Positions 18,994-28,129 of a stretch of DNA of 64,000 nt are shown in pieces. Position 1 is the first letter of the stretch. Every line of letters starts with the position of its first letter. The notes below the pieces were generated by a model that was not told the origin of the DNA, did not search any database, and saw only the letters and a program-made list of their open reading frames with translations. The translations under genes and the position numbers were made by a program. Source of the DNA: a virus (taxonomy: Duplodnaviria > Heunggongvirae > Uroviricota > Caudoviricetes); the IMG/VR virus record IMGVR_UViG_3300029288_000059, positions 225,237 to 289,236 of that record; one strand, written 5' to 3'.

Positions 18994-19282
18994 TTGTATC
19001 ATACTTCTTATTAATGGTGATTATTGTATTACCAATTACACATTTTCCCAACTGGCGAGCACACATTATGCAACTGTTTTGATTCTTATGTATTACTTCG
19101 ATTAAGTCATGTACATAGTCATAAACTTGATATTTTGTCTTGCCAGCTTTATTAACATAACAATAATTCTTCATAAAATATTCGGGGTCGTTTTTACATC
19201 TTTTAAACTCAATCAATTCCTCTTGAGACATAGGAGTAGACGAGTATGGTGGTTTAACCTTAGAAACTATTGGTTCATCCAT
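18914..19282 (-). CDS. Terminase large subunit, N-terminal piece. An 80-aa N-extein ending ...CARQLGK (Walker A) is fused to a short N-terminal intein fragment (IntN) starting CVIGNTIITINKKYDTISNVFHLNL.
   Basis: The extein matches T4 gp17 (PEYFMKNYCYV, then RQLGK). Residue Cys+1 followed by V-I-G-N-T-I-I forms intein block A. The remainder of the ORF is encoded by the 108-bp repeat. Confidence 0.75.
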   Translation of the reverse strand: MDEPIVSKVKPPYSSTPMSQEELIEFKRCKNDPEYFMKNYCYVNKAGKTKYQVYDYVHDLIEVIHKNQNSCIMCARQLGKCVIGNTIITINKKYDTISNVFHLNLKQKVVDYLERLLIKLSI

Positions 19283-19529
19283 TATATTTCACCTTGAGTT
19301 CTTTAATCATCTTATTAAATTTTCTCTTATCTTTACGTCTTACAGTAGAATAGAATTGTTTTTTAACTTCTTCTGCTTCATCTTGTGGTAATGCTTTATC
19401 CACCAAATCAAAATAATTTATCAATGAATCAAGTAAATGGTCTGATAAACTTTCTATTAGTCTAATATCATTCTTTTCTGCGTATACAGAATCTAACTCT
19501 GTTAATAAGCTACGATAACTAGACATCAA
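19275..19529 (-). CDS. Hypothetical protein, 84 aa, immediately upstream of the terminase N-piece.
   Basis: It overlaps the terminase N-piece start by 8 nt. Because of its position it could be a small terminase-associated protein, but no motif supports this. Confidence 0.35.
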   Translation of the reverse strand: MMSSYRSLLTELDSVYAEKNDIRLIESLSDHLLDSLINYFDLVDKALPQDEAEEVKKQFYSTVRRKDKRKFNKMIKELKVKYNG

Positions 19530-19615
19530 ATTACCCCTTAAATTAACTATTATATTATTTATGTATTTGTGAATTAGGATAAATTATAATAAATAGTTTA
19601 AAGGGGATTACTTGG

Positions 19616-20104
19616 ATGACTGATACAAAACAAGAACTAACAAAATTAATGTCAAAGTTAAAAACCAATGCTAAAAAGTTGGAAGACTATAACTATGAAC
19701 ATAAGCATGCTATCATATCCAAAAATGAAAAAAAGATTAATGAGTTAAGAACCAAGATTTCCAAACTAACTATTAAGAACAAGAAACTTACAAATAAGAT
19801 TGAAGAATTATTATTAGTAGTAACGATTGATGGTACTAATATTAATGAAGTAATCTATCAAATATGGAAATCAGACGAGCATTTGTTTGTATGGTCCAAT
19901 GAACTCGGATTACATATATGGACAAGTGATACATCTAAAGTTACCAATGAAGCAACAGATGACCCTACCTCTTCTAAAATATTATTACCCCAAAATGATA
20001 TTTCAATTGAGAATGCAGAAATTATCATGCAAGGATGTTTAGATTTTTTAAGCAAATCAAACATAACCGTTAAGATGAGAAACGGTAAATTAATTTTTAA
20101 ATAA
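19616..20104 (+). CDS. Hypothetical coiled-coil protein.
   Basis: The RBS is AGGGGATTACTTGGATG. The N-terminal half is lysine-rich and helical. Confidence 0.45.
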   Translation: MTDTKQELTKLMSKLKTNAKKLEDYNYEHKHAIISKNEKKINELRTKISKLTIKNKKLTNKIEELLLVVTIDGTNINEVIYQIWKSDEHLFVWSNELGLHIWTSDTSKVTNEATDDPTSSKILLPQNDISIENAEIIMQGCLDFLSKSNITVKMRNGKLIFK

Positions 20105-20548
20105 TATAGTATTCAAAACGTTGATATTAACGTCTCCTAGGTGGGTACCGTAATACCTGTACCAATTTAACTTCATTTGTATTCTATCTACTATGCGTGC
20201 TTGTATGACGTTAAAATCGGTAGTTGTTGGAGCCCATAGTCTAAAGAACTGTGAATCCAAATCCTCAGTATCATGTAATAATGAAAAAGGTTTAAAATTA
20301 TAATGACGATTAACTAATTCAATTTGTATATCTCTATGTCGTTCTGATAAGTATAGAAGTTTATTATACCAAAACTTCATATGCCCTTTACCAAGAGTAA
20401 AGGTTAGTGGGATATCACTTAGTACTTCATCCACGGTATGCGTTTTAAGACTACGTCTAAGTGCCGGGACAATCATCTTCAATTCACGAAATTCAGCGAA
20501 TAGATGTTGGTCTGTTAATAACTTCGGTGATACTAAATTACATCTCAT
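20090..20548 (-). CDS. denV: Endonuclease V, a pyrimidine-dimer DNA glycosylase (T4 DenV family).
   Basis: The motifs CNLVSPKLLTDQHLFAEFRELK, FTLGKGHMKFWYNKL and WYRYYG match T4 endoV ([42 protein letters not shown]). Confidence 0.85.
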   Translation of the reverse strand: MRCNLVSPKLLTDQHLFAEFRELKMIVPALRRSLKTHTVDEVLSDIPLTFTLGKGHMKFWYNKLLYLSERHRDIQIELVNRHYNFKPFSLLHDTEDLDSQFFRLWAPTTTDFNVIQARIVDRIQMKLNWYRYYGTHLGDVNINVLNTILFKN

Positions 20549-20717
20549 GTTTGATTCTTTTACATTTTGTTAATTTGGTCAGTGTGATACACTAACAGGG
20601 AAATTGATTGTTGTAAATGGTGAAATAAGACCGTAATTATACTATTTCCAATTACTATTACATTCAATGGGTGGCAATCCATATCAATACTGTGATAGTT
20701 AGTGGATAACTCAATAG

Positions 20718-21194
20718 TTATCGATTAAAGAAACAACCACCTATCTTAATTCCTTTAGGACGTGGTAATTTTATTTTATTATCACTACAATATAAACTAC
20801 CACCAACATATATTGGACAACCTTTTAAACTGGTTAGTTGGTTATTCTGACAAATTAAATTTCCACCTATACGGGTAGTACATCCTTTTAGACTGGTTAA
20901 TTGGTTATAACCACAATTTAAACCACCACCTATATAAGTAGCACAACCCTTCAAATTTGTTAATTGGTTATCACCACAAATTAAATCACGACCTATATAT
21001 GTAGGACAACCTTTTAAACTTGTTAATTGGTTATAACTACAATCTAATCCACCACCTATATACTTGAAATGTGGTAACATTAGTAACCCAGTAGATAAAT
21101 CTACATCACCACGTACGATGATATTTCTATTAAATATACGAAAAACATCAGCTCTATATGGTTTATATTCAATTGGTTCCAAAGTCCTATACAT
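20718..21194 (-). CDS. LRR-like repeat family protein (MYRTLEPIEY...), four or five repeats.
   Basis: It contains LDCSYNQLTSLKGCPTYIGRDLICGDNQLTNLKGCATYIGGGLNCGYNQLTSLKGC... Confidence 0.55.
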   Translation of the reverse strand: MYRTLEPIEYKPYRADVFRIFNRNIIVRGDVDLSTGLLMLPHFKYIGGGLDCSYNQLTSLKGCPTYIGRDLICGDNQLTNLKGCATYIGGGLNCGYNQLTSLKGCTTRIGGNLICQNNQLTSLKGCPIYVGGSLYCSDNKIKLPRPKGIKIGGCFFNR

Positions 21195-21786
21195 TCATCG
21201 TCACCATCGTATTATTATGTTGTTCGAGTAGTATTAAATTTAACTGTACTACGATTGTTTTTGCATAGCTATATGCGTGAGCTTTTTTAAAAAAGTACGA
21301 ATTATCACACGGCTTAATCCATATCTCTTTTTCTACATCACACCATTGTTTTCCAATTAGATGTTTCTTACCTGGGCGTATTATAGCTAAGAACATTGCC
21401 ATTTGGCCTATATTAGTAACTACCATTCGTTGTAATAAATCATAATGTTTATTAATTTGTGTTAGTTTCAATACATAATCCTTATTTTTTAACAACGTCC
21501 AATCGGGTTCATTATCCGCTAATACCCGTAATACTTCTCTATCTGTTATATCTTTATAGATAGTGTTATGTAATAAATCAATCTTTATATGACCTAACTC
21601 TTCAGCTTTTTTATAATCTAATGAACATAACCCCGTTATTGGGTCGGTGGGGACATTATGAAAGTATACACCCGATATATGTCGTTCTATATCATTATTA
21701 AACATTGACGCATTGATATGTTGTAATTTACTTAATAAGTCTTCTCTATTTTTCATATCAATATCAATATCTGGTAGATGTGACAT
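21187..21786 (-). CDS. Miniaturised DnaE (DNA polymerase III alpha)-like protein, 199 aa. It retains PDIDID, H.GGV...P, G.IKIDLL, ALFRPG-like and KAHAYSYA motifs in DnaE order but lacks the intervening segments.
   Basis: Segment alignment by eye to E. coli DnaE: PDFDVDF / HAGGVVIAPTKITDFAPL / GLVKFDFLGLRTLT / IALVALFRPGP / [25 protein letters not shown]. Confidence 0.45.
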   Translation of the reverse strand: MSHLPDIDIDMKNREDLLSKLQHINASMFNNDIERHISGVYFHNVPTDPITGLCSLDYKKAEELGHIKIDLLHNTIYKDITDREVLRVLADNEPDWTLLKNKDYVLKLTQINKHYDLLQRMVVTNIGQMAMFLAIIRPGKKHLIGKQWCDVEKEIWIKPCDNSYFFKKAHAYSYAKTIVVQLNLILLEQHNNTMVTMNV

Positions 21787-22499
21787 TATATACTCCTCAA
21801 TAAAGAAGCTATATCACCGAAAGATGGCGTACATTTAATCTTCACACCCCATGCCGCGTCATTAAGATAATCCCGAAGATAATACTTAAAATCTTCCGAT
21901 AGATTGGCTATCATAGTATTACCTAACTTAGTCGTGTATAAAAACCACGGACTAATGCGTCCCATCTTAACAAGATTACCTAAGTACATACCATATACTA
22001 CCGTATACACTTTATCCACTTCGATATTATTTTTAGTAGCTATCTTCTGTAATGTTTCCAATGAGCGAATTATTGCATCAGTAGGAAGTTCTTTATATAT
22101 GTAATCTAATAACCATTCTTTATAACAATCGTCATTACACCAAGTCTTATACTTAAAATGATTATCCATTGCCCAGTTTATATATTGCATTATGTCGGGA
22201 CAATGAATATTGAATAAGTATTCTGCTACTTTTGTATAGTGAGTATATTCTCTACCTTTTATAAACTTATCTAACAAGTCCACATCAAACTTATAATGCA
22301 TATAGACCTTTTTATTTGATTCTTGCCACATATAAAATGCGAGTTTGGCAACATTAGTATCCTTATTATCATACCGTGTCTTATACATACAAGTATGATT
22401 TAAGAACGACTTCTCCCTCGTGAATTTTTTACCACAGAACTTACAGACATTCTTTATATTGTTTTCTGAGTTTGACTCTGTCTTTATCATCGATTGCAT
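21786..22499 (-). CDS. Hypothetical protein with an N-terminal C2H2-like zinc finger (CKFCGKKFTREKSFLNHTC).
   Basis: Cys/His spacing. Confidence 0.45.
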   Translation of the reverse strand: MQSMIKTESNSENNIKNVCKFCGKKFTREKSFLNHTCMYKTRYDNKDTNVAKLAFYMWQESNKKVYMHYKFDVDLLDKFIKGREYTHYTKVAEYLFNIHCPDIMQYINWAMDNHFKYKTWCNDDCYKEWLLDYIYKELPTDAIIRSLETLQKIATKNNIEVDKVYTVVYGMYLGNLVKMGRISPWFLYTTKLGNTMIANLSEDFKYYLRDYLNDAAWGVKIKCTPSFGDIASLLRSI

Positions 22500-22920
22500 A
22501 CGACCTCATTAACTCTTCCAAATTCTCTAACGTTAACTGTCTAAACAATAACTTAGTTTCAGTATCGTTTAAATTTGGATAAACAGTATCTATAAATTGT
22601 TCTAATGGTGTTTTGGCTTTCTTATTGGTGCCTTTAATCCATTGATGTTTTACTACTTTGCCAGTACCCAACATCGCCATCAATTTAGCTACTAACTCTG
22701 GGTGTTTATACTTATCCCAAAAGTTTTTATTGACTAACTCATTAGTCATCATTAGGAAATAAGCGTGTTGGTTATTATTATCGGGTGCGTTACTCATCCA
22801 TCTCATAATAACGAGTGGGACAAACGCTTTCTTCTGTTCTACTGTTAGATTGTCATAGAAAGAATAATTACGTTTGTCCATATTATTTAGAACATCGAAT
22901 ATGTCTAGTTTTTCACTCAT
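22441..22920 (-). CDS. Hypothetical protein. It weakly resembles a clamp-loader small subunit (T4 gp62).
   Basis: Loose similarity only: VPLVIMRWMS...QHAYFLMM versus gp62 MPAVYAMNLIG...EAHFNYLMA. Confidence 0.3.
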   Translation of the reverse strand: MSEKLDIFDVLNNMDKRNYSFYDNLTVEQKKAFVPLVIMRWMSNAPDNNNQHAYFLMMTNELVNKNFWDKYKHPELVAKLMAMLGTGKVVKHQWIKGTNKKAKTPLEQFIDTVYPNLNDTETKLLFRQLTLENLEELMRSYAIDDKDRVKLRKQYKECL

Positions 22921-22934
22921 TATATAATCCTAAA

Positions 22935-23633
22935 TTAACAAGTATGTTTAGATTTAGGACGACCAGGTTTCTTCTTAGTATTAACAGGTTCACTATCTTT
23001 TACAACTGTTGGTGTGTCCTGTGTTGGTTTTAATGATGGACATATACTATATGCTTCATTTTCATAACGAAGTACATCCTGTTTAGCCATTTCTGCTTGC
23101 ATTAATAAATTCTTCGCTGTTACTAATGCTTCTCCAGGTGTTACTACTTTTGGTGGAATCGGAGCATCATAAAATGATTGTTCTGTTCTTGCATTAGCAA
23201 CCGCCAATGGAAGATTATCAATAGTTGATTCCATAGGTGTAAACGTCGAAGGAGGTGCAACTTGTGGGGTAATACTATTTCCCTTATCAGATGTAGTCTT
23301 TAATCTAGTATTCAATTCATCCAATGCAATACTCATACCCGGACCAGCCGTCATTGTAATATCAGAAGTTTTAACCTTCTTAAGTAATCCTCTATTATGC
23401 AACGCCATAATCATATTTTCGCCATTAGAAATAACTTGACGACCTAAATAATCTTGTAAGTTTGTTAAACTCTGTGCATTGTTTGATTCCACAGCATACA
23501 TTACTGCATCATTCAAAATATTTGGCAATGTTTCACTCTCAATGACAAGTGCATAATCTTCTGCATTTGGAATCGACATGCGTACAATTATTAGTTTTGA
23601 CGCTGTCTTATTATTAAAACCGATATGTCTCAT
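22935..23633 (-). CDS. Hypothetical protein with a C-terminal AT-hook-like tail (KKKPGRPKSK).
   Basis: ORF of 232 aa with a basic C-terminus. Confidence 0.45.
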   Translation of the reverse strand: MRHIGFNNKTASKLIIVRMSIPNAEDYALVIESETLPNILNDAVMYAVESNNAQSLTNLQDYLGRQVISNGENMIMALHNRGLLKKVKTSDITMTAGPGMSIALDELNTRLKTTSDKGNSITPQVAPPSTFTPMESTIDNLPLAVANARTEQSFYDAPIPPKVVTPGEALVTAKNLLMQAEMAKQDVLRYENEAYSICPSLKPTQDTPTVVKDSEPVNTKKKPGRPKSKHTC

Positions 23634-23673
23634 TTAACTAGTTCCTCTGTATTATTAATAACTATTAAAGAAT

Positions 23674-23982
23674 TTAACGTGATTCTTTACTAATGTCAAA
23701 ATCATTTATTGATTTTATTGCACTTTCCATTCGTTCTCTTGCAACAGGGTTAGCACTATGAACTTTCATAATTGGTGGTTTATAATTATTGAAATGAACT
23801 TCGCGTTCAATCCAGGTAAGAACATCGTATCCTGTAATTTTATCATTACCCAAATCATGGTCAAGTGATATTTCATCTACTTCCATGGTTTTAAGACATT
23901 CAATTACATCCTTCGGCCATCTACATAGGGTCCAACCAACTGGTGGGGTACGCATATCATCTAAATATAACTTCATATTCAT
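23674..23982 (-). CDS. Small conserved-domain protein (LDDMRTP...ISLDHDLG...TGYDV..WI...VHSANP).
   Basis: The motif pattern suggests a Rossmann-like or receiver-like domain of unknown function. Confidence 0.35.
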   Translation of the reverse strand: MNMKLYLDDMRTPPVGWTLCRWPKDVIECLKTMEVDEISLDHDLGNDKITGYDVLTWIEREVHFNNYKPPIMKVHSANPVARERMESAIKSINDFDISKESR

Positions 23983-24027
23983 GAATCCTACTTACCAATA
24001 TTAATATATTACAACGGTTGTGAGTAG

Positions 24028-24507
24028 TTAACTACTGAATTTGCCAATAATATTAACCCCATCAGGACGAAGTAATTTTATTTTATTATTCTTACAATAT
24101 AATCTACCACCTATATATGTAGCACAACCATCTAAACTAGTTAATTTGTTATCGTTACAATATAAACCACCACCCACACTAGTAGCACAATATCTTAAAC
24201 TAGTTAATTTGTTATTACCACAATATAAATCACCACCAACATATATAGGACAACCTTCTAAACTTGTTAGTCGGTTATAATGACAATATAAATCACCACC
24301 AACATATATAGGACAACCTTTTAAACTTGTTAATTGTTTGTTACAAATACTTAAGCTATGACTTATATACTTGAAATTTGGTAATGTTTTTAATGGTAAC
24401 ATATCCAAATCTATATCTATATAACCACGTACGATGGTATTTCTATCAGTCAATCTAACAGTTAAATTAGCTTCAACAATGTTATATGGTTCTAAATTCC
24501 TAACCAT
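24028..24507 (-). CDS. LRR-like repeat family protein (MVRNLEPYNIVEANLTV...).
   Basis: Five repeats. The start overlaps the stop of the topoisomerase subunit gene. Confidence 0.55.
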   Translation of the reverse strand: MVRNLEPYNIVEANLTVRLTDRNTIVRGYIDIDLDMLPLKTLPNFKYISHSLSICNKQLTSLKGCPIYVGGDLYCHYNRLTSLEGCPIYVGGDLYCGNNKLTSLRYCATSVGGGLYCNDNKLTSLDGCATYIGGRLYCKNNKIKLLRPDGVNIIGKFSS

Positions 24508-25874
24508 TACTTCACCAGTTTACGTAACTTAACTAATTCAGACTTATATATATCACGTTGTTTGTCCTCTGAATTATATATATCAGTATACGAAGTTATT
24601 GTATTCTTTAACTCCACAATCTTATTAGTTACGACTGTATACTCATCACGTGACCATTTATATAATGGTAATGATTCAATTTTAATACAGTTTTCGTCAC
24701 TAATATTAGGACACGTTAATCTTATAATATCAGTTAGTTCTTGTCTCGATTGTATATTTTTTAATTTAGCATATATACCATTATCATGACACTTCTTAAG
24801 ACATTCCCAATATACTAATTCAGTAGAGGTGACATCCAATAACTGTTTATACCGTAATTTATAATAAGTTAAACGTTTAGTTACAAACTCCGTTACTATA
24901 TCTATAGCACTATTCATCTTTCGAATAGTCTTGCCATCCCAATCAATTACTACCAATCTATCTGTTTTACGAGTGACCAATTTTAACATAGATAAAAGTT
25001 GTTCATCTGTTTTTTCAGCTAATGTACCACGTGGGAGTTTAATTTCTATGTTGGTAGTCTTTGAAGAACGGTCAGTAAAATCCAATATTACTTTATTATT
25101 TTCCAGTTCGATTAAACGTTCTTTAATAACTTCACAATCAACTTCTGGTGGCAAGTCAGTGACATATATTGTATCATACGTACTTCTTGTTAACCTACCA
25201 TAAAATTCCCATACATCATCTGATATCTTCTTAGTAACTACATTTAAATATGTATAATCGGGTTGTAAATCTGTTAGTTTTTTACCATCTAAAACTTTAA
25301 TAGAAGCATCAATTAAACTATGTAAACTACGTGGTAGGATATCAGTTGACCAACCAACTGCAATACCACTAGTACTATTTAATAATACAGTTGGGATGAT
25401 TGGTAAAAAATGGGCAGGTTGTAAGCGTGAACCATCATAGTTTTCCTTCATTGGTACAATGTCATTATCAACATACATAATCTCTTCTAATATATGTGAT
25501 TTCTTAACATAAGTATAACGTGGGGATGCAATTTCCTTTGGAAACGTCTTAGTACCAAAAGTACCAATACCATCTAACCAACATACGTTATTATCATAAG
25601 GGGCTGCCATACCACTAATTGCACCAGCAGCACTAACATCACCATGTAAGTATAAATTAGAACTAATCATTTCCCCTGCTAATGATATAGTTTTAATCTT
25701 ACCTTGTATTGGTTTAATAACATATAATGCCTTACGTTGTGAATCCTTCAATCCATCAGCGATATTGGGTATCGCACGATATTCACACGTATAAATTGAA
25801 AAATCCTTCGATGATTCATTTATATGTTTTGATGGGTCAATTTTAACTACAATTTCAGACATCGAACTCTCCAC
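24507..25874 (-). CDS. DNA topoisomerase II medium subunit (T4 gp52-like, equivalent to the GyrA breakage-reunion domain).
   Basis: The GyrA/ParC N-terminal motif IPNIADGLKDSQRKALYV is present. The gene overlaps the upstream GyrB-like gene by 20 nt. Confidence 0.85.
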   Translation of the reverse strand: MESSMSEIVVKIDPSKHINESSKDFSIYTCEYRAIPNIADGLKDSQRKALYVIKPIQGKIKTISLAGEMISSNLYLHGDVSAAGAISGMAAPYDNNVCWLDGIGTFGTKTFPKEIASPRYTYVKKSHILEEIMYVDNDIVPMKENYDGSRLQPAHFLPIIPTVLLNSTSGIAVGWSTDILPRSLHSLIDASIKVLDGKKLTDLQPDYTYLNVVTKKISDDVWEFYGRLTRSTYDTIYVTDLPPEVDCEVIKERLIELENNKVILDFTDRSSKTTNIEIKLPRGTLAEKTDEQLLSMLKLVTRKTDRLVVIDWDGKTIRKMNSAIDIVTEFVTKRLTYYKLRYKQLLDVTSTELVYWECLKKCHDNGIYAKLKNIQSRQELTDIIRLTCPNISDENCIKIESLPLYKWSRDEYTVVTNKIVELKNTITSYTDIYNSEDKQRDIYKSELVKLRKLVK

Positions 25875-27774
25875 TCATCCATAATTTTCTATCATCCGCT
25901 CGTTTATTATTAAATATCAAATCCAATGTTGCTTTCATTTTACCATCATCAAATATTTGTATTACTCGTGGATTAGTTAAAGCATATTCCCAATCTACGG
26001 GCAATAACGTCCCTAACCCTTTAGCTCTAGTAATAGCCCATCCTTTAGAATCAAAACTATCAAACTCGTGTACATCATTACCATACCAATATTTCCGTGT
26101 CTTACCCTTTTCTGCAATAATAAACGGGGTTAAGAATATATGAAAGAATGGTGGTTCCTTTGGGTCAAATAAATCGGGGAAGAACTTATAGAAAAAGTTA
26201 ATTAACAATGCGGCAATATTAGACCCGTCTTGGTCCATATCTGTTGCAATATAAACTTTACCATATCTCAAATTTGCTCTTATTGGTTTTTGTCCTATTA
26301 CTAATCCAATGGAGTTCATAATAGAACATAACTCTTCATTTTCCAATACACGTTTAGGAGTTAAATCACTTACATTCATAACTTTACCACGTAAGGGCAA
26401 ACCGCCATGCACTTCAGGATTGCGGGCATCCGATAAACCAGCTAGTGCAGAATTACCTTCTGCAATTAATAAAATACAATCTTTTCTAAAACGGGCAGTT
26501 GCATCCATCAATTTAGGAATCTTTAAACGAAGATTCTTCTTTGCCATTTTAGCAACTTCATCCGTATCTTTTTTAAATGTTCGTTCCCGTGTTCGTTCTA
26601 GTATTCTTTCTACCCATTCTTTATTCTTTTTAATTATATTCTTATAAATCTCACTATCACTTAAATTATTACGGATAAGTGGTTTAACTTCTTCATTAAT
26701 TAATTTAGTCTTTGCTTGATTGGCAAAGTATGGAGCTTTCATATTCGTTATATTAAAAATTAACAATTCCTCTTGTATGTCTTGCTTAATAGGAGTTAAT
26801 TTTTGTTTTGATGCTTCTTTAGTAATGGCTTCTAATATGCCACTATAAAATACACGTTTAAACTCGTCTACGTGTTCACCACCCTCAAAGGTTGGTACAT
26901 TATTAACAATGGAGTGAGTATAGTCTGTAACACCGTTAAAATCGGTCACAACATAGAATGTTGATTTAAAATTGGGTTGGTCTATTGCCAATTCTAAACC
27001 ACTAAAGTTATTAAACAATGTATTGATTGGTGTTTTATTGACTTTAATACGTTGTCCATTCATAATCACTTTAATAGTTGGATTACAGGTAGCAATCTCA
27101 ATCAATCTACTTTTTAATAATTCCATTGGCAATGTTAAATGTTCGAATACTTTCTTTGATGGTTTAAAAGAAATCTTTGTACCTGATTTTGATTTACTGG
27201 GAGTAATGACTGGTTTTTTAATAACCAATTCATCCATTACAACATTACCTTCATGGAATTCTTGTATAAACTTCTTACCATCTCTATGTATTTCAACATT
27301 GAACCATTCACTACAATAGTTAGTAACTGCTGCACCTAATCCATTTAGTCCTGCACCAGTACGTTCATCATCATTAAAGTTACGACCTGCTTGTTTATGT
27401 GACAATGCCAAAGTAGCCATATGACATTCATACTCGTCCGACCAAGTAATTGGGATACCACGTCCATTATCACTAACAGACATTTCCATTGTTTCTTCGT
27501 TATAATCAAATGTTAATGTATCACCAAATCCTTTACCGACAATCTCATCTAATGCGTTATCTAATATTTCCCTAGTATAAGTTAATAATGCAGGCACCCA
27601 TGTTAATTCTTTAACTTGTGCTTGTCCCGTTTCATCAAACAATAATATAGATTGAGTATGTCTTGCTCTGGAACCTAAGTACATTTCAGTACGTTGGCGA
27701 CTATGAGAATAGTCCGATAATTTAGTGATTATATCATCAGTATGTTTATTCATTATAACAAAATCCTTAAACAA
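25855..27774 (-). CDS. DNA topoisomerase II large subunit (T4 gp39+gp60-like fused protein, with GyrB-like ATPase and TOPRIM domains).
   Basis: GHKL motifs (ILDNALDEIV, DNGRGIP) and TOPRIM (LIAEGNSALAGLSDARNP...LRGKVMNV) are present. The protein is 639 aa. Confidence 0.9.
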   Translation of the reverse strand: MFKDFVIMNKHTDDIITKLSDYSHSRQRTEMYLGSRARHTQSILLFDETGQAQVKELTWVPALLTYTREILDNALDEIVGKGFGDTLTFDYNEETMEMSVSDNGRGIPITWSDEYECHMATLALSHKQAGRNFNDDERTGAGLNGLGAAVTNYCSEWFNVEIHRDGKKFIQEFHEGNVVMDELVIKKPVITPSKSKSGTKISFKPSKKVFEHLTLPMELLKSRLIEIATCNPTIKVIMNGQRIKVNKTPINTLFNNFSGLELAIDQPNFKSTFYVVTDFNGVTDYTHSIVNNVPTFEGGEHVDEFKRVFYSGILEAITKEASKQKLTPIKQDIQEELLIFNITNMKAPYFANQAKTKLINEEVKPLIRNNLSDSEIYKNIIKKNKEWVERILERTRERTFKKDTDEVAKMAKKNLRLKIPKLMDATARFRKDCILLIAEGNSALAGLSDARNPEVHGGLPLRGKVMNVSDLTPKRVLENEELCSIMNSIGLVIGQKPIRANLRYGKVYIATDMDQDGSNIAALLINFFYKFFPDLFDPKEPPFFHIFLTPFIIAEKGKTRKYWYGNDVHEFDSFDSKGWAITRAKGLGTLLPVDWEYALTNPRVIQIFDDGKMKATLDLIFNNKRADDRKLWMSGEFDV

Positions 27775-27785
27775 ATTATATGTAT

Positions 27786-27814
27786 TATATATACAATTTT
27801 TCCATACTTGTCAA
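27786..27814 (-). promoter_or_regulatory. Sigma70-like promoter (TTGACA-N17-TATATA on the minus strand), upstream of the topoisomerase II large-subunit gene.
   Basis: The reverse complement reads TTTGACAAGTATGGAAAAATTGTATATATAAT. A near-identical copy sits at 29218-29246. Confidence 0.35.
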
Positions 27815-27838
27815 ACTATAAGTTATAAATTAAGTTGC

Positions 27839-28129
27839 CTAGGAGTTCATAAATCCACCCCGAATCTTAACTCTTTTAGGGCGAGATAATTTAACTTTGT
27901 TATTATAACATTTTAAATTACTACCTATATAAGTAGCACAACCTTCTAAACTAGTTAATTGGTTATCAAAACAATATAAATCACCACCTACATACTTGAA
28001 ATGTGGTAACTTGAGTAAATTCATCCTACCATAATAAACATCACCACGTACTATAATATTTCTATCGAATATACGAACGTTACCAACATTATATAATTCA
28101 TATTCAATCGGTTCCAAGGTTCTATACAT
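27839..28129 (-). CDS. LRR-like repeat family protein (MYRTLEPIEYELY...), two repeats.
   Basis: It has the family N-terminus and C-terminus (NKVKLSRPKRVKIRGGF). Confidence 0.55.
   Translation of the reverse strand: MYRTLEPIEYELYNVGNVRIFDRNIIVRGDVYYGRMNLLKLPHFKYVGGDLYCFDNQLTSLEGCATYIGSNLKCYNNKVKLSRPKRVKIRGGFMNS

Noticed and set aside
16117-19282. A group I intron with an internal homing endonuclease was considered as an explanation for the split terminase.
   Set aside because: Both breakpoints coincide with intein blocks A and B-G in protein space. The intervening genes are on the opposite strand and belong to the LRR family rather than to homing endonucleases. It remains a formal alternative until RNA data exist.
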